This document shows positions 1 to 8,802 of a stretch of DNA of 64,000 bases, one piece after another (positions within the stretch are counted from its first letter, which is position 1; every line of letters starts with the position of its first letter). The stretch covers positions 76,337 to 140,336 of IMG/VR virus record IMGVR_UViG_3300020274_000001; one strand, given 5' to 3'. Position numbers and translations under genes: made by a program. The notes under the pieces are model-generated. The model saw nothing but the letters and a program-made list of their open reading frames with translations, had not been told where the DNA came from and made no database searches. This DNA comes from a virus.

Positions 1-2
1 AA

Positions 3-86
3 GTTGCAGACTTCCGTGGAAAAGATTGTGACGTTGTTCTTCCAGAAGTCGCCAATTCGCTTGGCAACATAACAGAAGAACGCTGA
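3..86 (+). CDS. C-terminal end of a hypothetical protein, truncated by the window edge
   Basis: Open frame VADFRGKDCDVVLPEVANSLGNITEER* ends at TGA 84-86, followed by the recurrent gene-end hairpin plus ATAG. Confidence 0.6.
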   Translation, partial: VADFRGKDCDVVLPEVANSLGNITEER

Positions 87-102
87 CGGCCTTACGGCCA
101 TA

Positions 103-159
103 GGAGAGGAGGGCTATGATAATAACCGATGACGATTGGGTCATGGTGCCATAATCTCC
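103..159 (+). ncRNA. Putative structured RNA cassette (long imperfect hairpin, not the dual-spacer type)
   Basis: GGAGA/TCTCC closing stem with inner GGC/GCC, TATGA/TCATG and CCGAT/ATTGG helices; preceded by ATA and followed by CCA-G-ATG. Confidence 0.45.
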
Positions 160-163
160 CCAG

Positions 164-658
164 ATGTCAAACGAAAGGATTGACCTTAATCAGTTTGAAG
201 CAATAACCAAAGGAAAATGGGAAGTGATTAACCTTCCCGGCGGAGGAATTGACATTGGCGTTAGATACACTAACCATGGACATAAGCCAATAGTCAACTT
301 CACCCAGCGCATGGGAGAGCAAGTCAGCAAAATCGAACGCGATGTTGCAGACATGAACGCTATTGCCGCAGTTCCCGAACTAATTGCTGAACTGAAAGAC
401 TTGAGGTGGAAACACATGCAAGTCCTAAGAGAGAGAAAAGACTTGCGAGACGAAGGTCTTCGCTTGGCTAAGAAACTTGATTCCGAACGAAATCGGATAG
501 AGACTCTTATCGACGCTTTGCGATTTATACGAGATGACTTGAACGAGGCAATCGCTCAAGGACATCTGCCAATCACATCTACGAATGGGATTGATGCTAC
601 GAAGATTCGTAACTTCGCAAACGGATGCTACACGTTGAGTAGCAACTCTCGGTCTTAA
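164..658 (+). CDS. Hypothetical protein with coiled coil
   Basis: 164-aa ORF; ATG directly after hairpin-CCA-G; AIAAVPELIAEL motif typical of small viral accessory proteins. Confidence 0.75.
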   Translation: MSNERIDLNQFEAITKGKWEVINLPGGGIDIGVRYTNHGHKPIVNFTQRMGEQVSKIERDVADMNAIAAVPELIAELKDLRWKHMQVLRERKDLRDEGLRLAKKLDSERNRIETLIDALRFIRDDLNEAIAQGHLPITSTNGIDATKIRNFANGCYTLSSNSRS

Positions 659-667
659 CGGCCATAG

Positions 668-850
668 ATGGACATAATGGGTATCATCATGTTAGTGCTA
701 ACATACACGCTGATAGGCTTCGGCTTTGCGTGTGGTTTCGCACTATTCCGTTGGGTTTCCGCCAAAAGAAAATCCAACAAAAAAAAGAAATCTGGTTCGA
801 CTGCTCCCCAAGAATCACAATGGGAGAGAATAAGAAACCGGATTCCTTAG
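668..850 (+). CDS. Small single-pass membrane protein
   Basis: Hydrophobic N-terminus then a Lys-rich segment; hairpin-ATA-G-ATG start. Confidence 0.75.
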   Translation: MDIMGIIMLVLTYTLIGFGFACGFALFRWVSAKRKSNKKKKSGSTAPQESQWERIRNRIP

Positions 851-864
851 AGCACTTGCTCATA

Positions 865-998
865 GGACGCTGAACCAAGGAAAACGAGGGCGCAAGCCCG
901 ATGACCTTGATTCGCAATCGCACGCTCGCGTCAAGAACGAGCGGCGACATAAAACGCAAAAATACACGCATTCGCGCTCACGTGCGATTGCGAATACA
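865..998 (+). ncRNA. Putative structured RNA with a 15-bp inverted repeat
   Basis: ATTCGCAATCGCACG (910-924) pairs with CGTGCGATTGCGAAT (981-995), followed by ACA-G; the region begins after a hairpin-ATA junction. Confidence 0.45.
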
Positions 999-2084
999 GT
1001 TGCAATGAAAAAAAAAGTGAAAGGAGAATATAGGTGCGGCACTCTGCGTGCTGACCAATTCTGCTTGCTGGGAACTGTTGGACAATGGTCCACACGGTCC
1101 GTGTGAAGCAGCACTGGAGGCGATGTATTATGGCTATCGAGCCATCATCGCTGACAAACATATTCTATCACAGATGGATACTTCCACTGGAAGTTCCGGA
1201 ATCATTGCCCAACCTTGCGTTCACTAATCTGAGGTCTGGGAAATATTTCCCCCGACCGGTCGACCGATGGAATTCTTCTTTACAGGTGTTCCATGGTGGC
1301 TAATTAGTGATGAAACATATTCTAACACGAATGTGCCCTCAGTAAGTAGAGACTACTCAACTTGCGTTGCAAGAAGATGTCAAATTTGACAAAAATCTTG
1401 GGACTGAAAATGAGAGAGCGCATTCAATACCCAATCACACCGCTACTCATTGCAGAGTAGTTCGGAGAAAACCCAGAGCAATCTGGAGTATACTCAGGGG
1501 ATTGGCGATAGAACATAGTCTAAGTCGTAATCCGTGCCTATGAGCACGAGATGCTGAAGAATAACCAGAATATTTTCTGGTCACCGACGAAAATTTTCGG
1601 AATTAACTGTCCGCATATGCGGACTGATTTACGAACGTAATTGGGACCAACATCCGCAATGGACGACGTCAGTCGTCAATATAAGGCTGATTTGGATGAG
1701 AAACATATTCTAAAGCATTTAAGTCTGGGTAAACCAGACCGGATACAGCCGAATAACAGCAGAAAATTCATATGAATTATTTTGCTATTCCAAAATCGAT
1801 ACGATATTTCTTGCTACCCTTATTGGGGATAAAGGAACGAAGGTGAGGACTCACCTCTTTCTCTACGTTAAAGTAGACAGAATATCTGACAAACATGTTC
1901 TAAGACAAATAAGGACTCTATCTGGATGCGGTTACGAAGTAATCGATTACCCGGGTAGAAACTCAGTTCGTGGTGTTGTCCAACTACCATACCAATGACT
2001 AACCACTTTTCCAAGTGGAGTTCCTCGTTGGGTGGTAGATGAGACACCGAATATGACCAAAGCGAATACGATGGAACGGTAGGG

Positions 2085-2906
2085 TTGACCCCCTTTACCG
2101 ATTTCCTCCTTGGGGAAAGGCGTCCCCAGAACCGAACCAATGCAAATGAAATGCATCTTGCCCGTATGGTTCACAGAATGGGATTTGAAATACACCCAGC
2201 AGGGAGACCAGACTACCAAGCCAAACTTACGGTTTGGGAATGGAGCCGGTTTCTCGACTTGCTTCTGCATTCGGCAGGAGCAATAAGCATGGAGCAGATG
2301 TTGAACAATATTGTTCATATCTCCATGATGGAGGCACAAGCACTTAATCACGGTAAGAGCGACGAAGAAATCGCTAACTTTGATGTGACTGAATACAAGA
2401 AAAATGTAGAAGTCGTAAAGAAGGCTGACCGTTCAAAAATGGAACTGATTGACGAAAATATGCCAGACGGCAGTAGAATGTTCATCGGTGCTAAATTGAT
2501 GCTGAAAAAAGGCACTCCAGAAAAAGCAATAGATTCAATGGTCGAAATGGTGGCCGTTTCTGTTGCTTGCTTCCAACATATGGAAGACAAGATGTTTGCG
2601 GCGAGGGAAACAGTCCCTTGCTTTCGAGCGTTTGGACAAAACGGACTGACGGTCAAAGGAGATGACATTTGGGCAATCTATGATTGCATGAATAACTTCT
2701 TTGGTAACGACGTTCCAGACCTATTGAGAATGATGGAATTTCCTAACAAGAAGAGAGTTATTCCTAAATTATCTGATAAAGACAGTAAAGCGTTTGTTGA
2801 ATTTATCAAGGAAAATATCCAACCGCACGACGTAGAAAATTGGCCCCGATTATTCGGAGTCATTTGTCAAGCACTTGGTGATGAGGATGACCTCATCATA
2901 TTGTAG
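2085..2906 (+). CDS. Hypothetical protein, start uncertain
   Basis: 273-aa ORF from TTG; ends at the GGCCAAAGGGCC-ATA junction. Confidence 0.7.
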   Translation: MTPFTDFLLGERRPQNRTNANEMHLARMVHRMGFEIHPAGRPDYQAKLTVWEWSRFLDLLLHSAGAISMEQMLNNIVHISMMEAQALNHGKSDEEIANFDVTEYKKNVEVVKKADRSKMELIDENMPDGSRMFIGAKLMLKKGTPEKAIDSMVEMVAVSVACFQHMEDKMFAARETVPCFRAFGQNGLTVKGDDIWAIYDCMNNFFGNDVPDLLRMMEFPNKKRVIPKLSDKDSKAFVEFIKENIQPHDVENWPRLFGVICQALGDEDDLIIL

Positions 2907-2920
2907 GCCAAAGGGCCATA

Positions 2921-2964
2921 GAACCGAACCATGGACGCTGTATTGTATATCCCCCGTGTGGTTC
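2921..2964 (+). ncRNA. Dual-spacer stem-loop unit (x1)
   Basis: GAACC-GAACCA-[TGGACGCT]-GTATTGTA-[TATCCCCC]-GTGT-GGTTC-ATA. Confidence 0.8.
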
Positions 2965-2968
2965 ATAG

Positions 2969-3292
2969 ATGTGGAATAATACTCCCATGGTAAAGGATGA
3001 TGGTCAACACATTATCCTAATTACCGGTGACGTCGAAGAAGACGAGGCCGGATGGATTGTGGCAGAAATGCCTTATCCAGATGAAGAGACGTTGCGTCTC
3101 GAACAACAGAAGAGAGCCATGATGATTAGTGGCCTACCTCTTGCTTACAAAGTCTTACAAGACATCAGAGAAGATGCACTTAGGATGATGGAAGGTAGTA
3201 GTGGACATTTTGCCCACCTCAATACCTTCGTGCTACAAGCAGAACGAGCCTTGGCATTCATGCCGTGGCTTGACGAGGAAAAGGAGGAATAA
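2969..3292 (+). CDS. Hypothetical protein
   Basis: 107-aa ORF starting at ATA-G-ATG and ending inside hairpin GGAGG/CCTCC. Confidence 0.8.
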   Translation: MWNNTPMVKDDGQHIILITGDVEEDEAGWIVAEMPYPDEETLRLEQQKRAMMISGLPLAYKVLQDIREDALRMMEGSSGHFAHLNTFVLQAERALAFMPWLDEEKEE

Positions 3293-3300
3293 CCTCCATA

Positions 3301-3345
3301 GAACCTAAACACAGACAAGGAAGTGCATTGAAGCATGAAAGGTTC
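3301..3345 (+). ncRNA. Dual-spacer stem-loop unit (x1)
   Basis: GAACC-TAAACA-[CAGACAAG]-GAAGTGCA-[TTGAAGCAT]-GAAA-GGTTC-ACA. Confidence 0.8.
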
Positions 3346-3349
3346 ACAG

Positions 3350-3631
3350 ATGGACGACAGTTTTGACGAACTGTATGATTTTCTTTTTCGAGACGCCGCC
3401 AATACACTTGGTAAACACGGAAGATTTGTTCCAAAGGTGTCTCAAAAAATGCAATCACTAAGCCCCATGTTAGGGGTTATAGCAATGTCAATGGCTCTTA
3501 TTGAAGAAGAAGACCAATACCGTGTTGGCTTCGGCAGAATGTTTGTCGTAGCCCACGCAACAGCATTGCAATTATCGACATTAATTACTATTGACTCAAT
3601 GGAATTATTGCTCGATGAAGCGGACAGATAG
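3350..3631 (+). CDS. Hypothetical protein
   Basis: Start moved to the ATG after ACA-G; the ORF-track start at 3335 lies inside the RNA unit. Confidence 0.7.
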   Translation: MDDSFDELYDFLFRDAANTLGKHGRFVPKVSQKMQSLSPMLGVIAMSMALIEEEDQYRVGFGRMFVVAHATALQLSTLITIDSMELLLDEADR

Positions 3632-3638
3632 TCCATAG

Positions 3639-4001
3639 ATGCAACCTACAATTGCAGAATACCTCACTATTAGGAGGTCAAGAGACAGGGAAATTAGTAG
3701 TCCCTATCTCTCAATGAACAACGACGGCGAAGTGCTATACAAGTATGCCATTAATGGCGACTTTTCTATCATTGAGCAAATGTGCCGCGATTTTGTAAAA
3801 GAATTATATGAAGATGATAATGGACCCGAATTGCTCCGTCTTTACGACACAGGAGTTAACTTCGTAGTGTATCATTTGATTCGAGCGTGGAACATATGGC
3901 ATGAGCGAACAGGCAACGTTAATCATAGCCTATCGGTCATGATGTTCGACAAAAAGAATGGCAAATGGATTGAAAACATTTGGTATACAAACCGGCTGTG
4001 A
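3639..4001 (+). CDS. Hypothetical protein
   Basis: 120-aa ORF; hairpin-ATA-G-ATG start. Confidence 0.75.
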   Translation: MQPTIAEYLTIRRSRDREISSPYLSMNNDGEVLYKYAINGDFSIIEQMCRDFVKELYEDDNGPELLRLYDTGVNFVVYHLIRAWNIWHERTGNVNHSLSVMMFDKKNGKWIENIWYTNRL

Positions 4002-4010
4002 TGGCCATAG

Positions 4011-4253
4011 ATGGGGACTGAAAGGTTCACACTACACCGACCCGGTGGACACCAAGAACAACATAACGTAAACTACGTTTCTGGTGAACTCTCACACGAC
4101 AACGGTGTTGCTTGCATCAATCTTTCAATGATTGGGCGAGGCTTTGAGGGGACTCTGAGAATAGGGTATGATGGCAATAAAATCATTATATTCCTAAAAG
4201 ATTCAGAGAAAGAATCTCACGTGATACACATGTATCCTAAAACCGAGGAATAA
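4011..4253 (+). CDS. Hypothetical protein
   Basis: 80-aa ORF; hairpin-ATA-G-ATG start. Confidence 0.7.
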   Translation: MGTERFTLHRPGGHQEQHNVNYVSGELSHDNGVACINLSMIGRGFEGTLRIGYDGNKIIIFLKDSEKESHVIHMYPKTEE

Positions 4254-4262
4254 TTCCTCATA

Positions 4263-4351
4263 GAGCAAAACATGGTGACTGAATTGCAGTTTAAAAGAAC
4301 GCTCATAGAACCGAACCAAGTCAGATGAATTGTAAAAACGTTGATTGGTTC
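4263..4351 (+). ncRNA. Dual-spacer stem-loop units (x2)
   Basis: GAGC unit [TGGTGACT]/[GTTTAAAA], ATA, GAACC unit [AGTCAGAT]/[AAAACGTT], ACA. Confidence 0.8.
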
Positions 4352-4355
4352 ACAG

Positions 4356-5567
4356 ATGAATTGGCGTGAAGAACACACGCAATGTCTACACCGTAAGAAA
4401 GACGGAACCCGTTGTCAACTTGACACGGCTCCCGGAGATTACGTGTGTGGACATCACACCATCGGTCTCGAAGACATCTTTGAGGACCCGATGGCAGTAG
4501 TCGCTAAATTCCGACTATACTTCCCGAAGAATCACCACCCAGCATGTGACAGGAAAGGACAGAACGATTGTGATTGTCCAGACCGCACATTTGGGGAACT
4601 TCTCGGGCTTGCCTACAAGCGAGCCGCAATCACCAGCCTGCAAAGGACAAGGTTGCACCGAGCAATGGTTCGAGCGGAAATGCGAGACAGGACTCGATTG
4701 ATTCGAGCCTATTACAACTCGATAACGGAAGACGACTTGTGGTTAGGAATGCCTAACCCCAAGTGGCGACAAATTCGATACTTCGTATGGAACGATAATG
4801 AGGAGCGAATGATAGTGAAGAAGCACGATAGAAGCATAAGAACAAAGAAACAATTGCTTGACCTGCTACGACGCGAAGCACCTCATCACGTTTACTACAC
4901 CACCTCACAATGGAGAAATCCAGCAGAGGTTGGTCCCGACCCGTTCTCTAAATCGGGTCGAGACAAATACATCAAGAAGAATGCAAAGAGACTTGCTAAG
5001 AAGGAAGGCTCGAAAGACAAAGGTCGTATCAAAGCATTGATGCATCCTGTGTCGAAGTGGTCAGATTATGGCAACGCATTCATTGAACAGGAACTCTATT
5101 TCGACGTTGATTACGAAATGGAAACTTTCCAAGAGTCAGCCGAAGAAACATTGAGGTTGGCTGAATTCTATGAGACCGTAGAATTTGCAGACTGTGAGAA
5201 AGACATACGATTTGTCTTCTCTGGTGGCAAAGGGTTTCACATGATTGATTACGGATTCAGTATCCGAAGAGCCGTTGGTGAGAAAAACTACGGCACGAGA
5301 ATCAAGAACATATTGGAAGGTGAAAAGGCAAGGAGTGGACTGATGAAAGGTCACGCCTTCGCCGCCATGAAGATAAGTCGTAACGTTAAGAAGCGACTCA
5401 TCAAGAAAATCAGAAAGAAAGGAATCCTACTTGATTACGAAGTGACCGTCGACCCTCGACGAATCATTCGACTACCCGGTTCAATACACGGAAAACGTGG
5501 ACGGGTTTGTAGATTGATAACCAAAGAGGACTTGACGGATTTCGACCCCGGACCTACCTTATGGTAA
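4356..5567 (+). CDS. Archaeo-eukaryotic primase (PriS-like) with Cys/His-rich N-terminal extension
   Basis: AEP motifs APHHVYYT, ELYFDVD, FSGGKGFH and DPRRIIRLPGSIHG; start after ACA-G. Confidence 0.85.
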   Translation: MNWREEHTQCLHRKKDGTRCQLDTAPGDYVCGHHTIGLEDIFEDPMAVVAKFRLYFPKNHHPACDRKGQNDCDCPDRTFGELLGLAYKRAAITSLQRTRLHRAMVRAEMRDRTRLIRAYYNSITEDDLWLGMPNPKWRQIRYFVWNDNEERMIVKKHDRSIRTKKQLLDLLRREAPHHVYYTTSQWRNPAEVGPDPFSKSGRDKYIKKNAKRLAKKEGSKDKGRIKALMHPVSKWSDYGNAFIEQELYFDVDYEMETFQESAEETLRLAEFYETVEFADCEKDIRFVFSGGKGFHMIDYGFSIRRAVGEKNYGTRIKNILEGEKARSGLMKGHAFAAMKISRNVKKRLIKKIRKKGILLDYEVTVDPRRIIRLPGSIHGKRGRVCRLITKEDLTDFDPGPTLW

Positions 5568-5579
5568 ATAGGTCATAGA

Positions 5580-6038
5580 ATGGTAAACATCTACACAGAT
5601 GGTGCCTGTATCAACAATGGACTACCAGATGCCAAAGGAGGCATGGGTGTGTTCAGTCAAGAAATGGACCTTGAGTTGTCCATACCGTGGGAGATGGAAG
5701 TCGAACCTACGAATCAAAGATGCGAAATGGGAGCAGTAGTATACGCTCTTATCGCAATCAAGAAGACTGAACCAAGTCAAGATACGGTTTTTCAGATTCT
5801 AAGTGATTCTGAATACGTTGTTAAAGGAATGAATGAATGGATGAAACAGTGGAAGAACCGTGGCTGGAAGACAGCCAAGGGAAAGGAAGTAAAAAACCGC
5901 TGGCTTTGGGAATTGCTTGATTCGCAATCCAAAGGACTCAACGTCATTTACAAACATGTTCGAGGACACTCTGGTGTTCTCGGCAACGAAAAAGCAGACT
6001 CGCTTGCGCTGTCTGCTGCTGAATCGTTAAAGTTGTGA
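5580..6038 (+). CDS. rnhA: Ribonuclease HI
   Basis: YTDGAC, TNQRCE, SDSEY, WKNRGWKT and HVRGHSG..GNEKAD motifs. Confidence 0.95.
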   Translation: MVNIYTDGACINNGLPDAKGGMGVFSQEMDLELSIPWEMEVEPTNQRCEMGAVVYALIAIKKTEPSQDTVFQILSDSEYVVKGMNEWMKQWKNRGWKTAKGKEVKNRWLWELLDSQSKGLNVIYKHVRGHSGVLGNEKADSLALSAAESLKL

Positions 6039-6077
6039 AACTTTGTTTAACAATGATTAAGGGCTTAATGTCCATAG

Positions 6078-6416
6078 ATGGCTACAATGTCAGAAGATGT
6101 AGATGACAGTCTCGAGATGTATCGAGAGTTGGCACTACTCGCATCGCATGGTGTTGAAGAATACCTTGCGGTGGTAGCAGAATTGCTTGATGCAAGCATA
6201 CTGCTAAATGGATTGCCCTGCGAAATTTCGCAGAAGGCAGAGGCATGGGCTGAAGAAATATCAGTCGAAGTGTCTCAAAAAATGGAAGAACAAAATATCA
6301 TCCCGCACTACTATATAGCGGCGTTGATAGAACAATTGCACAAAGTTGGAGTTATGTCTTTCACGACAGGTTTCAATCAAATGGCTTGTCGTAAATTTCA
6401 GGAGGCTTACTCTTGA
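6078..6416 (+). CDS. Hypothetical protein
   Basis: 112-aa acidic helical ORF; hairpin-ATA-G-ATG start. Confidence 0.75.
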   Translation: MATMSEDVDDSLEMYRELALLASHGVEEYLAVVAELLDASILLNGLPCEISQKAEAWAEEISVEVSQKMEEQNIIPHYYIAALIEQLHKVGVMSFTTGFNQMACRKFQEAYS

Positions 6417-6754
6417 TTGAAGACTATGAAAATGTAACAGATGAAGAGTTGAAACTTCTTCTCGATAGAATTTCCGAATTCGCATTTGACTTTATGTCTA
6501 ACAAAATAGAGCAATTTGGTGGTCTTACACAGGAGTATTCTCATGAGGATGGCTCTAAGACCGTTGTTGTTGTTCCAAAAGGGAATGAGGATGTATGCGT
6601 AGAGTGGACGGAATGTCCACATGGCAGGGTTGAAGTATTTCACATAACCCCTGTCGGTCTCGAAATACCAAGACTCATAATCCCCGCTCCGACAATGATA
6701 CAGGAACACATCAGTATACCTATTGATGCGTTCACTATGAAATTGGAAGAGTAG
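6413..6754 (+). CDS. Hypothetical protein
   Basis: TTG start overlapping the upstream stop (TTGA) with GGAGG upstream. Confidence 0.7.
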   Translation: MIEDYENVTDEELKLLLDRISEFAFDFMSNKIEQFGGLTQEYSHEDGSKTVVVVPKGNEDVCVEWTECPHGRVEVFHITPVGLEIPRLIIPAPTMIQEHISIPIDAFTMKLEE

Positions 6755-6772
6755 CGGCCCTGTGGGCCATAG

Positions 6773-7234
6773 ATGGCAGACGACATCAAAAGCACCGACA
6801 GCGACTTGTCCGGCATTAAGTTCGGACTTGACACATCGGGAAACACTCCTACGATTGTGGTAGAGGGTGTTCGAAATATCGGTTTGAAACAACCGGTGAC
6901 CCAAGAAAGGTTCAATGAACTCATCGAAACAATGGGAGACAAAATGACAAGCATACTATCTATTGTTGAAGATGCTTGTAGAAGTCTACGTGACTTAATG
7001 AATGAAATGTCTGATGATGAGAAACTCATTGCAACTTACTTGATTGAACATACTACGTGGCAATATGCTGTCGCTTCAGACACGCCACTGTTTATGTTTA
7101 ATCCTCGACATCTACCAGATGAAGTAGTAGTTGATAACAAATCAAATACAGTAGAAGGGGCCTTTACTAAGAAAAAAGGCGGCTTCGTTTCTGTCCGAAA
7201 GGGCGGAAAGAAATATTGGGAAAAGAAAAAATGA
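6773..7234 (+). CDS. Hypothetical protein
   Basis: 153-aa ORF; hairpin-ATA-G-ATG start. Confidence 0.75.
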   Translation: MADDIKSTDSDLSGIKFGLDTSGNTPTIVVEGVRNIGLKQPVTQERFNELIETMGDKMTSILSIVEDACRSLRDLMNEMSDDEKLIATYLIEHTTWQYAVASDTPLFMFNPRHLPDEVVVDNKSNTVEGAFTKKKGGFVSVRKGGKKYWEKKK

Positions 7235-7252
7235 AACGGCCTTATGGCCATA

Positions 7253-7296
7253 GAACCGAACCAGAGAAAATGAATCACAATCAAAGTGAACGGTTC
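7253..7296 (+). ncRNA. Dual-spacer stem-loop unit (x1)
   Basis: GAACC-GAACCA-[GAGAAAAT]-GAATCACA-[ATCAAAGT]-GAAC-GGTTC-ACA. Confidence 0.8.
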
Positions 7297-7300
7297 ACAG

Positions 7301-7477
7301 ATGGTCACAGACCCCAAAAAAGGACAATGCCCGACATGCGGGCGTTTAACGCTGATATATATTGACAGCGAAGTGCACACAGAATGGTGCGAAAAATGCG
7401 GGTGGGAACACACCGTCAGTTGGAATGAATTAAGCCCCGACTGGTGGCACAAACAATCAAACAAACCGAGCGAGTAA
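7301..7477 (+). CDS. Small zinc-ribbon protein
   Basis: CPTCG...CEKCG; start after ACA-G. Confidence 0.75.
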   Translation: MVTDPKKGQCPTCGRLTLIYIDSEVHTEWCEKCGWEHTVSWNELSPDWWHKQSNKPSE

Positions 7478-7485
7478 GGCTCATA

Positions 7486-7529
7486 GAACCGAATCATAAC
7501 TCGGGAATTACAAATCACCTGTATGGTTC
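7486..7529 (+). ncRNA. Dual-spacer stem-loop unit (x1)
   Basis: GAACC-GAATCA-[TAACTCGG]-GAATTACA-[AATCACCT]-GTAT-GGTTC-ACA. Confidence 0.8.
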
Positions 7530-7533
7530 ACAG

Positions 7534-7860
7534 ATGGATGACAATGAAGACATCATCAGAATTGCCTCAATGTGGTATCCCTTTGTGGGGGACATAAAGG
7601 CAAGACTCGCTATTGGCTTGGAAACATACGGCCATGGCGTGCGTGTCGAAGATGACACAACTCAATGGGGCACAGAGGTAAACTCTTGGCTCGAAATGGG
7701 ATTAGAGGAAATCGATGACTTGGCAATCTATGTCATGGCACAACTCCTCCGAGAAAAAAAGAAAAACTACGACAACTTGAATGAATTCGCTGGTATACTC
7801 AAAGAATTGAGAGACACCAGAAGAAGAATCATGGAAGTCATGTTAAGAGAAGACGCTTGA
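7534..7860 (+). CDS. Possible all-alpha (MazG-like) nucleotide pyrophosphohydrolase
   Basis: R..IG.ETYG...WLEMGLEEIDDLAIY with an acidic EExxD pattern; start after ACA-G. Confidence 0.5.
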   Translation: MDDNEDIIRIASMWYPFVGDIKARLAIGLETYGHGVRVEDDTTQWGTEVNSWLEMGLEEIDDLAIYVMAQLLREKKKNYDNLNEFAGILKELRDTRRRIMEVMLREDA

Positions 7861-7868
7861 GCGTCATA

Positions 7869-7914
7869 GAATCAAATCAAAAAGTCGGTATTTTAGACAC
7901 CACGAGTATGATTC
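7869..7914 (+). ncRNA. Dual-spacer stem-loop unit (x1) with compensatory stem
   Basis: GAATC-AAATCA-[AAAAGTCG]-GTATTTTA-[GACACCACGA]-GTAT-GATTC-ACA. Confidence 0.75.
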
Positions 7915-7920
7915 ACAGTA

Positions 7921-7952
7921 ATCTATAAATTATACATAGTATACGCTATACT
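7921..7952 (+). promoter_or_regulatory. Candidate archaeal TATA promoter for a leaderless gene
   Basis: TATAAAT about 25-29 nt upstream of ATG 7953; this gene lacks the hairpin-ATAG start. Confidence 0.45.
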
Positions 7953-8162
7953 ATGTCGAGGGTCGCTAATTGTGCCGTGAGAATCATGGAGCAACACAGT
8001 GGCCCGCTTTCTATTTACGAAATACACGCAAGAATGAAAGAGCAAATGAGGAATGTCCCAAAAGTAGGAGTCCTTGCTCGCAAACTTGGCGGTTGTGACG
8101 ATATCAGAAGAGTAGGTTACGGTCAGCCATCTATGTGGGTATTGAAGCCGTCACGCTCATAA
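7953..8162 (+). CDS. Small winged-helix-like DNA-binding protein
   Basis: GPLSIYEIHARM...VLARKL pattern; paralogous to 14819-15091. Confidence 0.6.
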   Translation: MSRVANCAVRIMEQHSGPLSIYEIHARMKEQMRNVPKVGVLARKLGGCDDIRRVGYGQPSMWVLKPSRS

Positions 8163-8197
8163 AGCAGTGACCTTCGGATGCCAATTAGATGGCCCAG

Positions 8198-8440
8198 ATG
8201 AATGCCAAGATTAAGGCAATTCCAGAAAGTTCTACGAGAACAGAAAAGGAAATTAAGGACATGCTTAGACAGGCTGTTCTCACTCGTAACAATTGGCTTG
8301 AAGCGTTTGAAAGTTGCAAACAGTTTCAAGACCGACACGGCATGATGGATGCCGCGAGGAACGCTAAAGCACTTGAAGGCGTTATCAAAACTTTACGTTG
8401 GACCCTTGGAGAAAGGGGTATCAACAATCCGCTCTCATGA
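8198..8440 (+). CDS. Hypothetical protein
   Basis: Start follows hairpin GCCA/TGGC plus CCA-G-ATG. Confidence 0.7.
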   Translation: MNAKIKAIPESSTRTEKEIKDMLRQAVLTRNNWLEAFESCKQFQDRHGMMDAARNAKALEGVIKTLRWTLGERGINNPLS

Positions 8441-8449
8441 AAGAGCATA

Positions 8450-8493
8450 GAACCAAACTAATTCACTCGTATTACAAAAGATGCGAATGGTTC
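8450..8493 (+). ncRNA. Dual-spacer stem-loop unit (x1)
   Basis: GAACC-AAACTA-[ATTCACTC]-GTATTACA-[AAAGATGC]-GAAT-GGTTC-ACA. Confidence 0.8.
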
Positions 8494-8497
8494 ACAG

Positions 8498-8785
8498 ATG
8501 AACATTGAGAACATCAATGAACTGCAAGAGCAATACGGCCTTGCAGAATGGCAACGGATGATTAATGACGGAAGTTGCTGGACCCTTGAGGGTTGGTATG
8601 GTAGAAGAGCAGTGGCATTACTCGAGATGGGTGCCTGCTATTTGCCAGAAGAACCACATCACGATTACTACGGTAACCAAGTGCCAGCGAGGCACATGCT
8701 ACAAGCGGGAACAAAAGGAACGCTTGAATTGAGTCAGACCTTCTGGTCTGACGAAAGCAATTACGGATTGTTTGAGGAAGAATAA
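8498..8785 (+). CDS. Hypothetical viral protein
   Basis: 95-aa ORF with WTLEGWYGR.A..LLE.G motif. Confidence 0.75.
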   Translation: MNIENINELQEQYGLAEWQRMINDGSCWTLEGWYGRRAVALLEMGACYLPEEPHHDYYGNQVPARHMLQAGTKGTLELSQTFWSDESNYGLFEEE

Positions 8786-8802
8786 GGTCATATTGACCAT
8801 AG

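Noticed and set aside
687-2351. Short ORFs in the 0.9-2.0 kb region and antisense to 2085-2906
   Set aside because: No recognisable motifs, atypical composition, no junction signal; they overlap structured non-coding sequence or a better ORF
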